A DNA stretch of 50,871 nt from Nemertoderma westbladi (taxonomy: Eukaryota > Animalia > Xenacoelomorpha), in contig JAUCBJ010003485.1 of NCBI GenBank assembly GCA_032718475.1, forward strand, positions 1 through 50,871, in the 5' to 3' direction. Both the position numbers and the translations under genes were made by a program. Below, one piece after another: positions 50,678 to 50,871 of the stretch (within the stretch, counting starts at the first letter, position 1; each line of letters begins with the position of its first letter). The notes under the pieces were generated by a model that was given only the letters and a program-made list of their open reading frames with translations, was not told where the DNA came from and searched no databases.

Positions 50678-50824
50678 ATTTACATCATCGTGTGCAAAGT
50701 AACACTTTGCAGCGTTATGACCCGAGTTTATTTATGTACCGAGCGAGCGCAGCGAGGTAAGTTTACATAAATAAACAAGGGTCTTTAACGCTGAAAAGTG
50801 ACCTTTGCAAGCAATGAGGTATGT
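50678..50824. repeat. Hairpin-type dispersed repeat, with a related copy at ~29568-29710
   Basis: TTTACA..GTGTG.AAAGTA.CACTTT.CAG.GT.ATGA.CCGAGT...CTTTGCAA is shared by both loci; central CGAGCGAGCGCAGCGAG. Confidence 0.55.
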
Positions 50825-50871
50825 CATTTTGTCACATTACGTCAACTTATCTACGTTCGGTATGTGAAGAA

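Overview
AT-rich eukaryotic window, most likely from an invertebrate animal (the species cannot be determined from the sequence). It has five single-exon genes: an orphan signal-peptide/TM protein, MRPS22, MPG, KTI12 and WASHC4. Two spliced genes were only partly visible in the ORF track and were reconstructed by hand: a 6-exon NUDT5-type ADP-sugar pyrophosphatase (+, 24173-42171), which hosts WASHC4 antisense in intron 3, and a 2-exon TEX49/SPMIP11-like gene (-). The rest is LINE fragments, hAT-type and other non-autonomous DNA elements, and five large minisatellite arrays. Most notable: (1) a ~110-copy 27-bp array whose unit is the NUDT5 intron-4/exon-5 junction itself (branch-like TAAC, pyrimidine tract, TAG, first exon bases), so every upstream acceptor gives an in-frame stop; (2) a second, divergent copy of NUDT5 exon 3, a candidate mutually exclusive exon; (3) a foldback element with two hammerhead-ribozyme cores, one of them between tRNA-like A and B boxes; (4) a 4-kb array that starts at the MRPS22 stop codon. 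Gene identities rest on recalled homology, not database searches.
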